64,000 nucleotides of DNA from Amphiscolops sp. MND2022 (Eukaryota). Made by a program: the position numbers and the translations under genes. Location: assembly GCA_964187785.1 (NCBI GenBank), contig OZ076418.1:45260001-45324000 (forward strand). The letters run 5' to 3'. The notes under the pieces were generated by a model. It was not told where the DNA came from and did no database searches. It worked only from the letters and a program-made list of their open reading frames with translations. Shown here piece by piece: positions 10,882-23,579 of this stretch. How positions within the stretch are numbered: the stretch's first letter is position 1; each line of letters begins with the position of its first letter.

Positions 10882-12216
10882 TTATCGTTTCGTTGTTCTC
10901 AAATAGGTCCGGAATTTATTGAATACTTTCTCGCGTTCTGATTGGTTGTTTTCGGCCAATTGAATTTTACTAATTGTTAGTTTGAATTTCTTCATCCAAT
11001 CCATCCCCAGTAATGGTGTTATATCTGTTCTTTCGGTTATCAGGATTTCCATTTTCTGTTTGTTGTTTTCGTGTTCGACGTTTACCGGAATTTTCCCCCG
11101 GAATTTTACTTCGTTTTTGTTTACATCTTGATACCGGCTTGTTATTTTCTGTATTTCGGTTGATTTCGTTATTCTTTCGTCCGGTGGCATTAATGATATT
11201 GGTGATCCGGTATCAATTATAAATTCTTTCGGTATTCCGTTGATCTTCAGTGTTGTGGTGAAGTGTTTGTTTGTTTCGTCTATTTTCTTTATTTCTTTTA
11301 TGTGGTGTATGCTGTCTTCGGATTCACTTGACGGTTCGTCCGATTCGTTTGGTTCGTTTTCGGTTAGTCTTTTCACCGTTCGGTTGTTGTTCATTTTCTG
11401 TCTGCATACTTTTGCGTAATGTCCTTTCTTGCCGCATTTGTTACAATTGGCGTCTAGTGCGGGACATTTATGTAATGGAGTCCAATTAGGTGCATTACAG
11501 AATCTGCATGTTCGGTTTCCGAAATTTCTGTTTTTCGGTCTTGCTCCGAATTTTTCCATTCTCTGGATTGGTTCTTCCTTTATTATTTGCTTCTCTTTTG
11601 TTGATATAAAGGCTTCCGGTATTGTGTTCTTTTTGTTTTTCTTCTCGTACGTATTTTGCTTGATCAGTTCAATTATCTTCTTCAGTTCTAATGTTTTTTC
11701 TTTCATTATTTTGTCCCGTAATTTTTTGTCGGTGATTGCTGTCATATATTTTGATATCAACAATTCTTCTGCTGAAATAGTGTTAAAGTTACATTCTTTT
11801 TCGATTTCGATTAGTCGTCTCCAGAAGTCTTCCGGTGTTTCCTCTTCTGTTTGTTTCGCCCAGAAGAAATCTCCACGATTATGGTATGTATTTCTTTTTG
11901 GCATGTAGAATTCGGTGAATAACCGGATTAAGTCTTTCACTTTTATGCTGTCGGGTTCCGTTTTATATTCGGCCCTGGTTATCTGGTATAGTGCTTCCGG
12001 TCCCACTCCCCACAAGAATTCTTCTTGGATTGCTTGTTCTTTTGTGGACCATCCGGAATCTGTCATGTTTTCTCCTTTCACTAGTGGTGTGATGTCCATC
12101 TTGTGTTTCCGTTTGCAAAACTGCCAGAATCTTTCTAGCCACTGTCTCGGTGTAAATACCGGTTTCCCGTCTGTGGCTTTTGCTTCGAGATTTGGGACTG
12201 TATTTTTCTCCGCCAT
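10882..12216 (-). CDS. gag: gag-protease of element 1
   Basis: Zinc knuckles CRFCNAPNWTPLHKC and CNKCGKKGHYAKVC; aspartic protease FIIDTGS in the same frame. Confidence 0.93.
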   Translation of the reverse strand: MAEKNTVPNLEAKATDGKPVFTPRQWLERFWQFCKRKHKMDITPLVKGENMTDSGWSTKEQAIQEEFLWGVGPEALYQITRAEYKTEPDSIKVKDLIRLFTEFYMPKRNTYHNRGDFFWAKQTEEETPEDFWRRLIEIEKECNFNTISAEELLISKYMTAITDKKLRDKIMKEKTLELKKIIELIKQNTYEKKNKKNTIPEAFISTKEKQIIKEEPIQRMEKFGARPKNRNFGNRTCRFCNAPNWTPLHKCPALDANCNKCGKKGHYAKVCRQKMNNNRTVKRLTENEPNESDEPSSESEDSIHHIKEIKKIDETNKHFTTTLKINGIPKEFIIDTGSPISLMPPDERITKSTEIQKITSRYQDVNKNEVKFRGKIPVNVEHENNKQKMEILITERTDITPLLGMDWMKKFKLTISKIQLAENNQSEREKVFNKFRTYLRTTKR

Positions 12217-12271
12217 TCCGTTTTCTATGTTAAGAAATTTGTTACAGTTTAAAAATTGGCTGACTGCGCCA

Positions 12272-12493
12272 TGTTGTATTCTCTAGATCTAGATTAAGAT
12301 TGAAAAGAATAAAAGTTATATCTCTAGTTTCGACTGCTCTATATCAAATCAAATTGTACATATGTATCAAATGTAATTTAATGTAGATTGAGTTTGTTAG
12401 TAAACAACTCTAGTATCTAGACTAGATAGTTTGTAGACCGAATCTCGGTAGAGGTTAAATGGTAGTTTGAACCGGTTTGAACCGAATATAACA
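12272..12493 (-). repeat. 5' LTR of element 1 (222 bp)
   Basis: Direct repeat of 6634-6865, adjacent to the PBS. Confidence 0.97.
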
Positions 12494-13087
12494 ATAGTAT
12501 GGCACCATATCAATTGGTAATATTATCTCAACATGATCATATGTGAATAAATTATTGTCAATGCAATGCTCAGTCAGGAATCATGGTTTACGAAGTAAAT
12601 GATTAGCTTCTCCAAGTGAGGTTCAATTTTGCCAGTAGGCTAGCATTTAACCTTGGTATAACAAAAAGTGCTCAGTTCTCCATGAAATTCCAGTTGTTCT
12701 TTTTTGGTCAATTCATTGGTGAGCCGAGTTCAAGACATTGTTTAAATATTTACAAAGTACTAAATTGGAACCAAGCAAAGTATCACACAAAGTATCATTG
12801 AATTGGAAACCGCAAAAAATTGAATGAGGATCCTTTTGTGAAAAAATGTTTTCGGACGAAAATCGCACAAGACCAAAAAACCCACATTGGTTTTTTGATA
12901 CTGAGTTAAAGTTTTGATACTCTAAAAGCAAGAGTTAATTCAGAATAATAAAACTAACTACGAAAAGAGTGACTGTATTGATTTATTCAAAGAATCACCT
13001 GAACTGAACAACAGTTCTCAAAAATGCACTTGGGAACGGAATGGTGGACTCTCATTTCCTCAGGTACAATTGGACAAAACTGAAGAG

Positions 13088-13370
13088 AAACAAGACGCCC
13101 GCTAAGCACTGGGATGTTTTCCGCTGACAATATAAAGCATCAGCACGGGTTCGAACCCACGACCTAGTGCCTGCCAGACAGACGCACTACCACCTGAGCC
13201 AAAGTAACTAAATTACGTACTAACTGAAGTGGATGGAGATCTTGGAGACTTGGCAAAAATTGTAAACAAAACGAAACACAGATTATGATTTTCCTCACCC
13301 ATCACGACGAACAAATTTGTGGAGGTGGAAAATAACAATGAAAATGAGCTACTTGCTCAAACCATATTTT
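13088..13370 (-). mobile_element. tRNA-derived (SINE-like) dispersed repeat, copy 1
   Basis: 72-bp tRNA-like core at 13137-13208 with A box TGGCTCAGGTGG and B box GGTTCGAACCC; homologous to 49003-49265. Confidence 0.7.
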
Positions 13371-13899
13371 ATCTTTACAATCATACACAAAGCAGAAACA
13401 GAACCAAGAACTATTCCTTACCCACCAATTACCACCTGCAAAAAATCTGGGAAAAGGGGGTTGGGTTCCTAGTAGTCCACTAAGTTTGCAGTCATGCAAG
13501 TTAAACATGTAATTAGATTAGGTAAGACGTTTGACCTTTGACCGAAATACGAGTTCTAAAAAGACGAACTTTGAATGACCCTAGTACTTTGAACTTGAAA
13601 GGCTTGAGCAACGCACAATTTTAAAAAGGATCAATGTCAAATATGGTAGTACCTAAAATCAGTAACTACCAGTATATTCAATTAATTGAATTGAACGGTC
13701 AACTTCATTTGGTCAACGAAATTTTCATCGCGGCAACAAACGATCTTTTAAAAAAACTTTCATTTATTTCAAATGATTTCGTAGCAATTTTATTATATCT
13801 TGCTTGATGTTTTTGAACGAGCGCTCAACAAGATTCTGCATCACTACTTCATTCAACAGCAAGATCATCCCGGACACCATTCCTGATCAAAAGAACTAA

Positions 13900-15570
13900 A
13901 CAACTAGGCCAATGCAACAAGAGTAACTAAAGGGCGAGTCAACAATCCATTGGGAAAATTTGGGTAGCAAAGGGGACAATACCATCATCTGACAACAGGT
14001 ACAAAAGGGTATTGGCCTTTAGGACTTAAACAATCAACGAGCAAATGTAAACTGCTAAAGGAGATAGGTTCAGTTGAATCTATAAACCACATGGACCTGG
14101 CATACAGCTGGGCATCATATTTGTTGAGCCAACATCGCCAAGTCAATTCGGTATAACATTGAGCTGGACGAAAAACACGCGCTTATGGGAATGATCATCA
14201 TTGGTTTAAACTAAAACTTTATTGTGTGATGAGGCTTTTAGATCAATCACATTGGAACTCACAGCAGTTAGAGGTCGAGCGTTTACGAGCTACTCTACCA
14301 GACATAAAGTAGCCAACAAGATCTTTTCGGACGACACCGGCATTTCAAATCAGCGAGCATGCCATTTTCGCTTTACCTGACTGATCGCTTTCAAACGATC
14401 CGGAAACGGGCTGTAGCTGGAGATTAAACTTCAATTCGCAAGCACGATGGAACAAACGAGATATTATAGTGTCAAGTTGGGAGAGAAAAAGCAAAGTTCC
14501 TTAGCTCTTCTGAGCTGCTGCAAATATGATGTCATTATCTCAGGTAATCGTCTTTGAAACATCGCGACGTGCTTTGAACCTCTGAATAGCTAACAAGCAA
14601 AACACACTGGTGAGCGATTGATAAGTTCCAAATGATTGGCTCGGGTTCTTGCATACAAAAAAATCTTGACTTCGAATGGACCAAAGATATCTGAATCAGT
14701 GAATGCAAATGGCAGTTGACTGACACCAAATTGCTCACTTGGGAAGTCAGCCATTTGGGGTTCCACAAATTTAGGAGTTCGTTTTTTTTACACGACAAAG
14801 AAATGATCTTGTTACGACGAAATTTGAATATCAATTCGACAATCCAACAGTTCTGTTGAATAGTTGAACGCTACAATTCGATCCCTACATGGAATTTTTC
14901 AGAATGAATTTTGGTAAGAAACAACTGAAGAACTAGGTGTTAAAAGGAAAGAATGTAGGGATGTTTTTGATCAGAGCTCAAATTGGAAGCCCTAGGGCTT
15001 CTTCCTCGGGCTCTATTCAAACCATCAGACAAGAACGGGACTATTGGAGCAATGGTTGATTGGTCAAGTACATTGTTACCCTTTTCAAAAGAAACGTAAT
15101 CTATTGTAAATTGTTGCAGTTGAACGCCAAGTGAGACGTTCAGACCCATTTAGTTCCTCAGCTGTCAAAATGAAGAAGTTTTCCATTCCCTACTTGGTGT
15201 TTCTCTGCGTTTTTCAGAGAACTTTAGCTCCTTCAGCACAAAGCACAAAACTCGTTTCATTTTATTGAATCAAAAAGTTTTCTCAAAAATCCATCAAATC
15301 CTTTTTTTCAGCGGTTTGCAATAGGGCTCTGGCGCAAACAGCGGTTTTCGAATCAGAAAAGTAATGATGCTCTGGCTTTATGGGACATTGGTTGTTCTCA
15401 AAATTCAAGAAAGATGGTATACCGAAACTTTCATTATGTTTCAGTTCCGTTACATTCTTGCCGTTTTTGCCGATGGCGGGGTTTTTGATTCTCGGAACAA
15501 ATTGCCATTCATCAACTCTCGAGTGATCAAATAATTTCCTTAAAATGCTGGCAACAAAAACAGGCAAACG
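13900..15570 (-). mobile_element. Degenerate BEL/Pao pol relic (RNase H end, integrase, C-terminal domain)
   Basis: Broken frames give WQFVPRIKNPA (cf. W.HVP..NPAD), DNDIIFAAAQKEL (cf. SDNGTNF.GA.KEL), LCLVVELVNARPLTAVSS, DDGIV, TRPLVTL. Confidence 0.75.
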
Positions 15571-16149
15571 TTTATAAGACGGAGCAAACTTTTAAAAAAC
15601 AATAGAACTGTTACTCCAGAAGAAGGTTTCTTTTTGTCTGAAGTCACACGGCGTAGACCAATCAAGGCTGCAGTTCAAATATGTGAGCGACACAGAACCT
15701 TCCGATTAAAATTCAAGAAACTTGCAAACTTTGATCACAATAGACAGCACACATAGCAGACGGCATCAAGCAATAACAAAGACATGCAGGTGGGCTGAGT
15801 TATCGAATTGCCTCGAAAAATGCAACGTTCAAGTTTGATGTCGGAGATACTCATGTTTTCAACGTCCCGTTCAACACCAACAACTTTATATTCTTTTCAA
15901 AATTATTCTTTCCAAACGTTTCCTCCACGTGGCACTTTGTGAAAATGGTGACATGTGATCCAGTGTCAATACGGGCATGGAACTGTTTTCTGTTACTTTC
16001 CTTTTAGTACAAAGGGTTTATTTGGGTGGTACTCTTCATTTGTCTAAATGGAATTCCTCGACATGTTTTCCCGATTCGTCTTCTGAGCTACTCCAGGGGC
16101 TCTTTGATTGTACGATATTCAGTTTCGTCTTGGGTACCGTTCTGATTGT

Positions 16150-16930
16150 CTTGGTTTCAGTTCGGTTTGTTCTGCACAAATGGGAATAATGTCTGCTTTA
16201 TCTTTAGTTTTCGCACTCAGTGTTTTTCGCATTACAAAACGTTTGACGTCCTATAACACACGGTTTCTCCCCGAACTTGTAGCACTTGTTGCTTTTCTCT
16301 ACTGCAAATAAGGTTCGTCTTTTATGTTCGTTGTTTTCATACAAAGTTTCTTTCGTTGGGCACGTTGTTTGAAGTCTATGGCGAACATTAAGGCTTCTTC
16401 CGGACTGTCTTTAGGGTCGGTGAATGCTCTTTCTTGGACAATTGTGTTTTTGATACTAAATAAGATGTTATTGTAAACTAACCATGAGGTTCCAAAATCA
16501 CAGTTTGACACCAATTCATTTATGGCGTGCCAAAAATGTCCGAAACTTTCTTCATGTTTATGTTTCCTGTTTAGCAAATTCTGACGGTCCAAGAGCTTGT
16601 TTGTCTTTTTCTAGAGTGCCTAATTTTGTTTACTTTATGTCCTTGTTTGGCTTTTGTTCCAGATGGGCTTTTCTTGCTGCTTCTCCGAGAGCGATGTATA
16701 GAAAGCTAACTGCATGTTTGTGGACTATGAATTCGTTTGCTTCTTCGGCTCTTTCTTTCTGGGATTGCTTGTATCGTGCCTTGTTAGTTCTTCCAGAGAT
16801 GTGGAGCATTTTGCTAATAGTGTTGCTTCGAATAAGTCTCTATATCTGCTCCATTCATGTTGTCTCTCAGTTGGGGGACAAAATACGGTTATACCCGATA
16901 CAGGCTGGTTTTCAGTTCGCAGCGTCTTGT
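16150..16930 (-). mobile_element. Degenerate Gypsy-type gag relic
   Basis: RKHKHEESFGHFWHAINELVSNCDFG...VQER..DPKDSPEEALMFA, followed by a decayed CCHC knuckle; many stops. Confidence 0.6.
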
Positions 16931-18966
16931 AATGACTAACGGCTAGTGTTAAAGGGAGTGCGAATGTAACAAAAGGAATGTCAATTATCTCATACCTTAA
17001 TGGTGGTCTGTTATCTTTTTTTTTCGAACACTCTGTTCGCTTGCCAGGTACTTAGTCAACTTGACTACTGCTCTTCTACGGTCTACCACAGATTTTCAAC
17101 CTTTTTTTCAAGTCTTGAGGGTGACCTTCAATTTTAAATGCTGTGCGATTGATTTGATTTTTCCCAATAGTTGGGGAAATGACCTACAGCTTTTTCTGTG
17201 CGAGTTACTGCGGAAATTTTGTTTAACTGGAGGTTTGCAGCTTTGGTTTTTTAATCTTTTGGAGTAAACAAAAAGTTTGGATCCTACAATCTCACACCTA
17301 TTCTTTGTTTTGGCAACTTGCTGTTTTTTGAACAAAATTTTATATCGAGAAAGAATAAATTTGGAGTTTTGTGATATTTTCAGATCAAGTTTTTTTTACC
17401 CTGAACGGTCCAGTCTCATCTTTGACATTTCCTATTGAAACAATATTCGAGAATTATTGCAGTCGCTGTGCCTCTTGTTTTTATCTCATCTTGCTCATAT
17501 CTAAAATCGATAGGGTTTCTGACAGCTGTCTAGGTAAATGGCTAACTACTACCTGAAGTTCCAGCAAATAGCTGAAGAGCATCAATGCTGATCAACGTAA
17601 TGAACTTAGGTGAATGAAGGACAGTGTTTTTTTAATTGCTCATTTGGAGGTTTCTCGCGTTCTACATTTTCAAATGCCTAATATCTAGTTTTCAATTTTG
17701 GTAGTTTTCTAGACTTCGGATCTTAAAAATGTTTCTCCTCAGATGGTTTTTCCAGGATAACGCAACATAATGCCAGAAAATTCAGTTCAACTTTGAGATC
17801 CATCAAATTTAGGGCGAAATTGTATCGGAAACGGAAAACCTTTAGATACAGCGATGCCCGATCAGAAGATTTGAGTATTTAAACTGTTTTTCAACCAAAA
17901 CGGCAGTAGTCAGGTCTACGCGACGTGAAAAACTGCAGTTTTGGTTGAATGTATAGAATCCGCCAAAATTTCAAATATGGCCGTTTCAAACGAATTTTTG
18001 TGATCAAAAACTTTCGATTTCCATCGATGGGATCATCCTTCACAAAAACCCATCGATACGCATTGATGGGCCCAATGGGACTGCGATGGCCATCGATGAA
18101 CTGCGATAGGATCCCAGTACGGATATGTTGCGATTTGGAAAGTTGGGTCTTTTGAACTTACCTAAGTACAAACTCCATTTCAATGGACGGTACCCAGCGT
18201 TCCTGCGATGTGTATTGTGGACTCCCAGAACATTTCGAATTGTGACGCCAGTAGCTGCCGACAATCTGAAGCAACCAGTAACATTTTTCAGAAAAATTAG
18301 GGTCGAACTGGACTATGATTAGGTGATGACTAAACCTTCAAGTTTTTAGGTTAAACGGTATTGCTCGAATTCTGCCGAAAGTTGATTGTTCTAGTTAAAT
18401 CGCGCACGTTTAAAGCCAATTATTTTATATTTTACCACGGTGTTACCTGGTTTTTTTTAATAGTTTGATTTGACTGAGATATATTTGCTCTGGAGCATTG
18501 CCTACATTGGGGATTCGGAATGCGCGGTGCCGGAAAATGTCCTTCATGTTTCAGAATAATTCAATACCCCTCCGAATTCGGAAACACCACTAAAAATTAC
18601 AACCCTTATTTTGAACTATTGTCCGGAATTCAGCAGTGCTTGAAAAAGCTCCAAAGTTAACTGGGTGAAGCGCCGGTGACAACCTTTGAAAAAATGTCTG
18701 ATGATCCAAAATACCGGTCTCTACCGGTGGTCAGCACGGGTGTCACCATTTGCAGAGTTTACTGTTAAGATACAACATTGTACAGCACCTCAAGTATCGG
18801 GACTAGATCTGAGCAATCTCAAATTTTAAAGTAGTTTCAGACGCGTTTACGATCGATCAATATCATGATCAAAAACACGCGAGAGCAAAAAGCCGACGGT
18901 AAAAACAAGGAAAACTATCTGTAGTAGAGCTCATGTCTCAAGTAGCGTGAGAAACTTGAAGTGTAA

Positions 18967-21900
18967 TGAATGAATGAATATTTACTTCACATTTGTTACC
19001 CGACCGTGTCCTGTGTAAAATCAAAAGTTTGTGTTTTGTACGTAGGGTGTACAAAACACAAACTTTTGATTTTACACAGGACACGGTCGGTGATCAATTT
19101 ACAATACATACCGAGGTGCGTTAATCTTACTTTGCTTGTCAAGATCATCAGTTGGTCAAGTTTCAACAGACTGTGGTTTTGTTGATAACATTTGCTTAGG
19201 TATTTTGCACGTAAATCTTTTAACTGGGCACAGACCAGTAAAACGTGGTACTCATCAGCGTTGACCTGATTATTACAGAGTTGGCAATGCGTCTGCTTTA
19301 CCCCTGTGAAATTTTCACTGACTTCTGTTATAATCAGTGCAGCACATCGAATTCTACTCAATTCAATTCATTCTTTTGTCTTCAGGGTAAGAACATATGG
19401 CTCGATTCGATATTTATATTTATGTGAAGCATACAATTTGCAGAGTGAGTTGTTTTTCACTGATGTGTTCCACTGTTGTATTGACACATCCTGTAGCTTG
19501 TTATTGGTATAATCTCCAAAGTGAGCTTCAATAACATTTTCGAAAAAAAATGATAAGTACCGGGAATTCCGCTTTCTATCAGTTTTGTTTGAACACAAGA
19601 CAACCATTTTTCTGAATGGAAAACTTTTCTTAGGTACTTGTACATTAGGGACGAGAGTTTGTTTTTGTTCCTGCCGTCGCACAACCTTCTCCAGAATCCC
19701 AAAATTCGAAGCCAAACTTGATATTTTATTTCACTTGTACCTAATTCTCCGTAAATCATAGCATTTGGAGTACCGTTCCTAACGTTCAAAAGCGTTCGCA
19801 AAAAATTTCAATCTGTTTATAAAGTTCATGTCCTCAAACTTCGCAGTCATAGGTTATGATCGGTAAAATATATGAGTCGAACAAGTGTAGTTTTGTCTGT
19901 ATTGCAAGTTCATGTCCACTTGTTTCTGCTCTCAATTTGAATAACGCCTTCTTTGCTTTGTCAACGTTGTTTTTATCGTGAGTTGGAAGGCGTTGTTGTA
20001 CTTGAAAATCACTGCTAAATAGCAAAAACTGTCAACTCTTTCTATTGGGCTGTTGTTTATAAACATCACTGTCGACTTACGATCCTTTCCCTTGGAGAAG
20101 ATCACATATTTAATCTTCAAACAATTTCTTCGAATATTAAATATACTGCAATGTTAATATGCAGCATTTGAAGCTTTTTGCATGTTCTCTTCGCTTTCTG
20201 TCAAAATAATGGTATCGTCAGCATACAGAAGTGCAACGATTTTCTCGTCGACATCCAGGTTGTTTTTCATTGAATTCGACAGAAAACCCAATCCGTTACA
20301 ATGATTTTTCAAGTATGCTTTAAAGTCATTTACAAAAATTGTGAACAATAGTGGTGATAAATTATCACCCTGCCTGACACCAACCTCACATTTGCAAAAG
20401 CTAGAATAACAGTTGCCCACTTTGACAGATGCTTTTGTTTTTGAGTAAAGATCGCGTATGATATTGAAAATTTTCCCATTGATATTATGATCTTTTAACT
20501 TCTTCCAAAGAAATGCATGATCAACGAAATTGAAAGCTTTTTCATAATCGAGAAAGGTGGCGTACACTCCTTTGCCATTTGCCAAAAACAAAGATAGAAT
20601 TTTAGTCAGGGAGAAGGTGTGGTGCATGCAGCCGTATCTTTTTCTAAAACCTGTTCTGAACCAGTTCTGTTCTTTAAATCTAAATAGTGTTTGATTCTGG
20701 TACTGATAGTTGACGAGAAAACTTTTCCGATGCAATTAATCAACGAAATTCCCCGATAATTATTAGGGTCAGTCATTGGTCCCTTCTTATGAATTGGGCA
20801 TATAGTTGAGTGAACTTTTACTTTTCAAACTCCCTATCACCGACCAGTATTCTTTGGAGTTTTTTCATCGTAGTCTCAGTCGCTTTTCTTTGAAATTTCC
20901 CAAGAACGTTCTCTTTTTCAGGGGTAAGAAGTTTTTGTAACTTTTAAAAGCTGCTTTTTTTCGGGTATACTTCACGAGTTCCTACACATTCTTCTATATT
21001 GAGTCTTTTTTACATGACATTCCATGTCGACCCAATGATTTTTTCTGGGCACTCGACATGGGGTACGTAAAACATTCGATATATCTGCAGATTCAGCAAG
21101 TATACGTCTCAATTCTCGATCAATTTCCTTGATTTCGGACAACGTTGCAGTTTTTTTCTGCAGCAAATTACAACTGTTACTAAGGTCTTGATTTTCCAGT
21201 GACTTTAAAAAACTAGACTTTAACATGTCGTTCCAGAATTTTTCCCTCCCACCGATAGATTCATTGTTTTTTTAACTTCCACATCCACAGCTCTTACAAT
21301 TTCAATTTTTAGACCGCTGTGGACATCTGATTGACTTGGGTCAAACTGTTTTATTTCAAAATTTAACAATTTATCAATCAACGAGTTGTCAGCTATTTTA
21401 TAATCTACCACACTCTTTCCGTTGTAATTGTTACAAGTAACGTTACCAACACCTCTATCATTGCCACTTCGCCCGTTCAGTATCATCATATCAGTTGTCT
21501 TACATACGTCAATCAATGATCGTCCATTTGTATTTATTTTAGAATCTTTGTTGTCCGTTCAGATGGTTCAAGTTCTTCGCCATCTATGTCTATATAAACT
21601 AACATGGTGCCAGTTCTTGCATTGAAGTACCCCATTACTACGATTTCACTGTCTTTATTCGTCCTATATCCTCCAAAAGTGACGCGAAGGTATTTTTATT
21701 CCAGTTTCTAGAAATTTCACAGGGCATTTAAAACGAGCCTACCAATAGCGGAGCTTCGGAAGTTGAGATTCGAACCCATGACCAAGATCAGTTTCAAAAA
21801 AAATAGTGCGGTATATCTTTGCTAACCAAAATTGCCAGTCCATGATACCCTTTCAGTAGTTTTTGATCATCGCCGAAAAAGATTTCAAAACTCTCGAACA

Positions 21901-23100
21901 CTTTGGAAGGAAAACGGTTGCTTAGCGTTTCTGCAAAGCCAATTACATCGTATCTGTTAACTTGGATTTGTATTGAATTCAACCTTATTTTCGCATGCAG
22001 ACCTCGTACGTTAATAAAACAGCATTTTAGTTTCTTTTCGATAGATGCTGCGTTTTTACTCTCTTTTGACTGCTACTTGGTGAACACTTTCAACATTTGG
22101 TGTTTATCCCAATTCAGTTTAGTTTGCAGTTCAATGAGAGCGTTAAATACTCCTTTTTCATTGTCTTTGGAGTAGTTTAGTCGGGATTCATCCGTATAGA
22201 CGCTATAGCTTTTCTTTTTCAATTGATAAACAACGCGGGCTCTTTCTCGCGTCAAGTTTTCTCTGATGTACACAGTGTAGTGGTTATCAGAGAATTTGAG
22301 TTTGTGCGTCGCTGCGTACACCATTTGTTCAGTCGTCCGCCGAACAAACTTGAAAATAACGAGGCGTGGCTTTCCATACTGCCAATTTCTGGTTTGCAGA
22401 CGATGGCTGATTGACACCTCATCCACCCTGATATCTAGACCAATAGCTGCTGCTGTTTCAACGACCTTCAAGGTGGTGTTTTCCTCTCTTTCTTCAACGA
22501 GGCCCAAGAACATGAGACAGTCTCTCCTTGCATACTGTTTCAGTCCTCCTAACCTGCTTTCATTCTAAAAACAAAAGATTCCGTTCGCGTCCGTTCCAGT
22601 TTCTATCTCTATCTCTTTTCTTTCGTGCATTTCAGTAAGGTGTTGCTGTACTTTCGCTTGTGAATCTTCTAGTAGTTGAATCATTTGCTCTCTCAACTCA
22701 TTTACCATTTGGTTAACCACTACGGGTTGAGCTAAGTTCTCTCGCACCTGTCCAATTTCATTAGTGAGGTTGTTTTTGTTATTTTCCAAATCCTTTATAT
22801 ATTTTCAAATCTTTTGTTTCAACGGGTTCTTGATTGTATTTTTGTTCCTTGTAATTAATTTTCGTCGCAAGAGTCTGTTGCTCGGTCTTTAAATCCTCGA
22901 CTTTATCCGATAGGTTGTTCGATTTAGCGTCAATGTCATTGTTTTTTCTTCGAATGGAGTCAAGTTTTGGACAATATTTCCCAACTGAACGTTTATATTG
23001 TCGTTCAAACTTTCAAGGGATTCGTTTCTTTTGTTGGTGACGCTTTCGCGAATGTTTTCCACTACCAAAGGAGCGAGCGATGTAGCAATGTCTTCCATCT
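18967..23100 (-). mobile_element. Near-full-length decayed APE-RT LINE (RTEX-like; clade uncertain)
   Basis: ORF2 fragments: FINVRGL and FAET (APE); GVRQGDNLSPLLF and YADD (RT); TPNAMIYGELG; C-terminal CQLC..DEYHVLLVC; (TTCA)3 tail at 18967-79. Many stops and frameshifts. Confidence 0.9.
22073..23098 (-). pseudogene. LINE ORF1 (coiled coil plus L1-type RRM), frameshifted
   Basis: Heptad-rich N-terminal fragments, then SISHRL..KPRLVIFKFVRR..VYIRENLT, directly upstream of the APE. Confidence 0.8.
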
Positions 23101-23579
23101 CGAAGTGTCAAGACAATTCATTTTCGTTTGATTCTGACAAAGTTCTCTTCTTTGAGTGGCTAATTCAGTGTGACGAACTCTTTACCATCTGAATTTTCCA
23201 ATTTCTCAGATCCAACTACACTTTGCCCCAGTTTAGTCCGATCTTAGATAAGTGTTTGATAAGAGTTTTGATAAGACTTGATATGATATCTTTTTGATAA
23301 TACCATTCGGTAACTTACTTTTAACAGTTGATTTTGACATAAGAAAAGGCTAAACAGAAAGGCCTTCGAGAAACTAACCTCGAAGTCAACAAACTGAAAC
23401 GCTTTTTCTTACCTTATCAACTGTTAATTGCGTAGCAACTTTCGTTGGCGAGCTTTGCGTCGGCTTTGTGATATCTTTCTTTTTTTGGAACGTCTGTTCT
23501 TCTCCAGCCCCTTTAGGTTGTCCTTGTACTTTATCACAATCCCCAGTGACTTTTGTTCTAACGTTAGTTTTTGATGCAA

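Larger units (their letters stand above)
6634..12493 (-). mobile_element. Complete Ty3/Gypsy (Mag-like) LTR retrotransposon, inactivated (element 1)
   Basis: TG..CA LTRs at 6634-6865 and 12272-12493; 5-bp TSD ATAGT (6629-33, 12494-98); PBS TGGCGCAGTCA (tRNA-Ser type) at 12261-12271; PPT GAATAGGGGGAGAAA at 6866-6880; domain order gag-PR-RT-RH-IN. Confidence 0.97.

Noticed and set aside
10895-10925. Programmed -1 frameshift between PR and RT
   Set aside because: No canonical slippery heptamer, and PR-RT is continuous in element 2; best explained as a 1-bp deletion.
7055-12286. Many plus-strand hydrophobic ORFs
   Set aside because: Antisense shadows of the A-rich gag/pol; the same applies to minus-strand ORFs in 26495-31923 and shadows of the LINE ORFs.
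13137-13208. Functional tRNA gene (also 49052-49123 and 2328-2398)
   Set aside because: Acceptor and anticodon stems do not pair properly; treated as tRNA-derived repeats.
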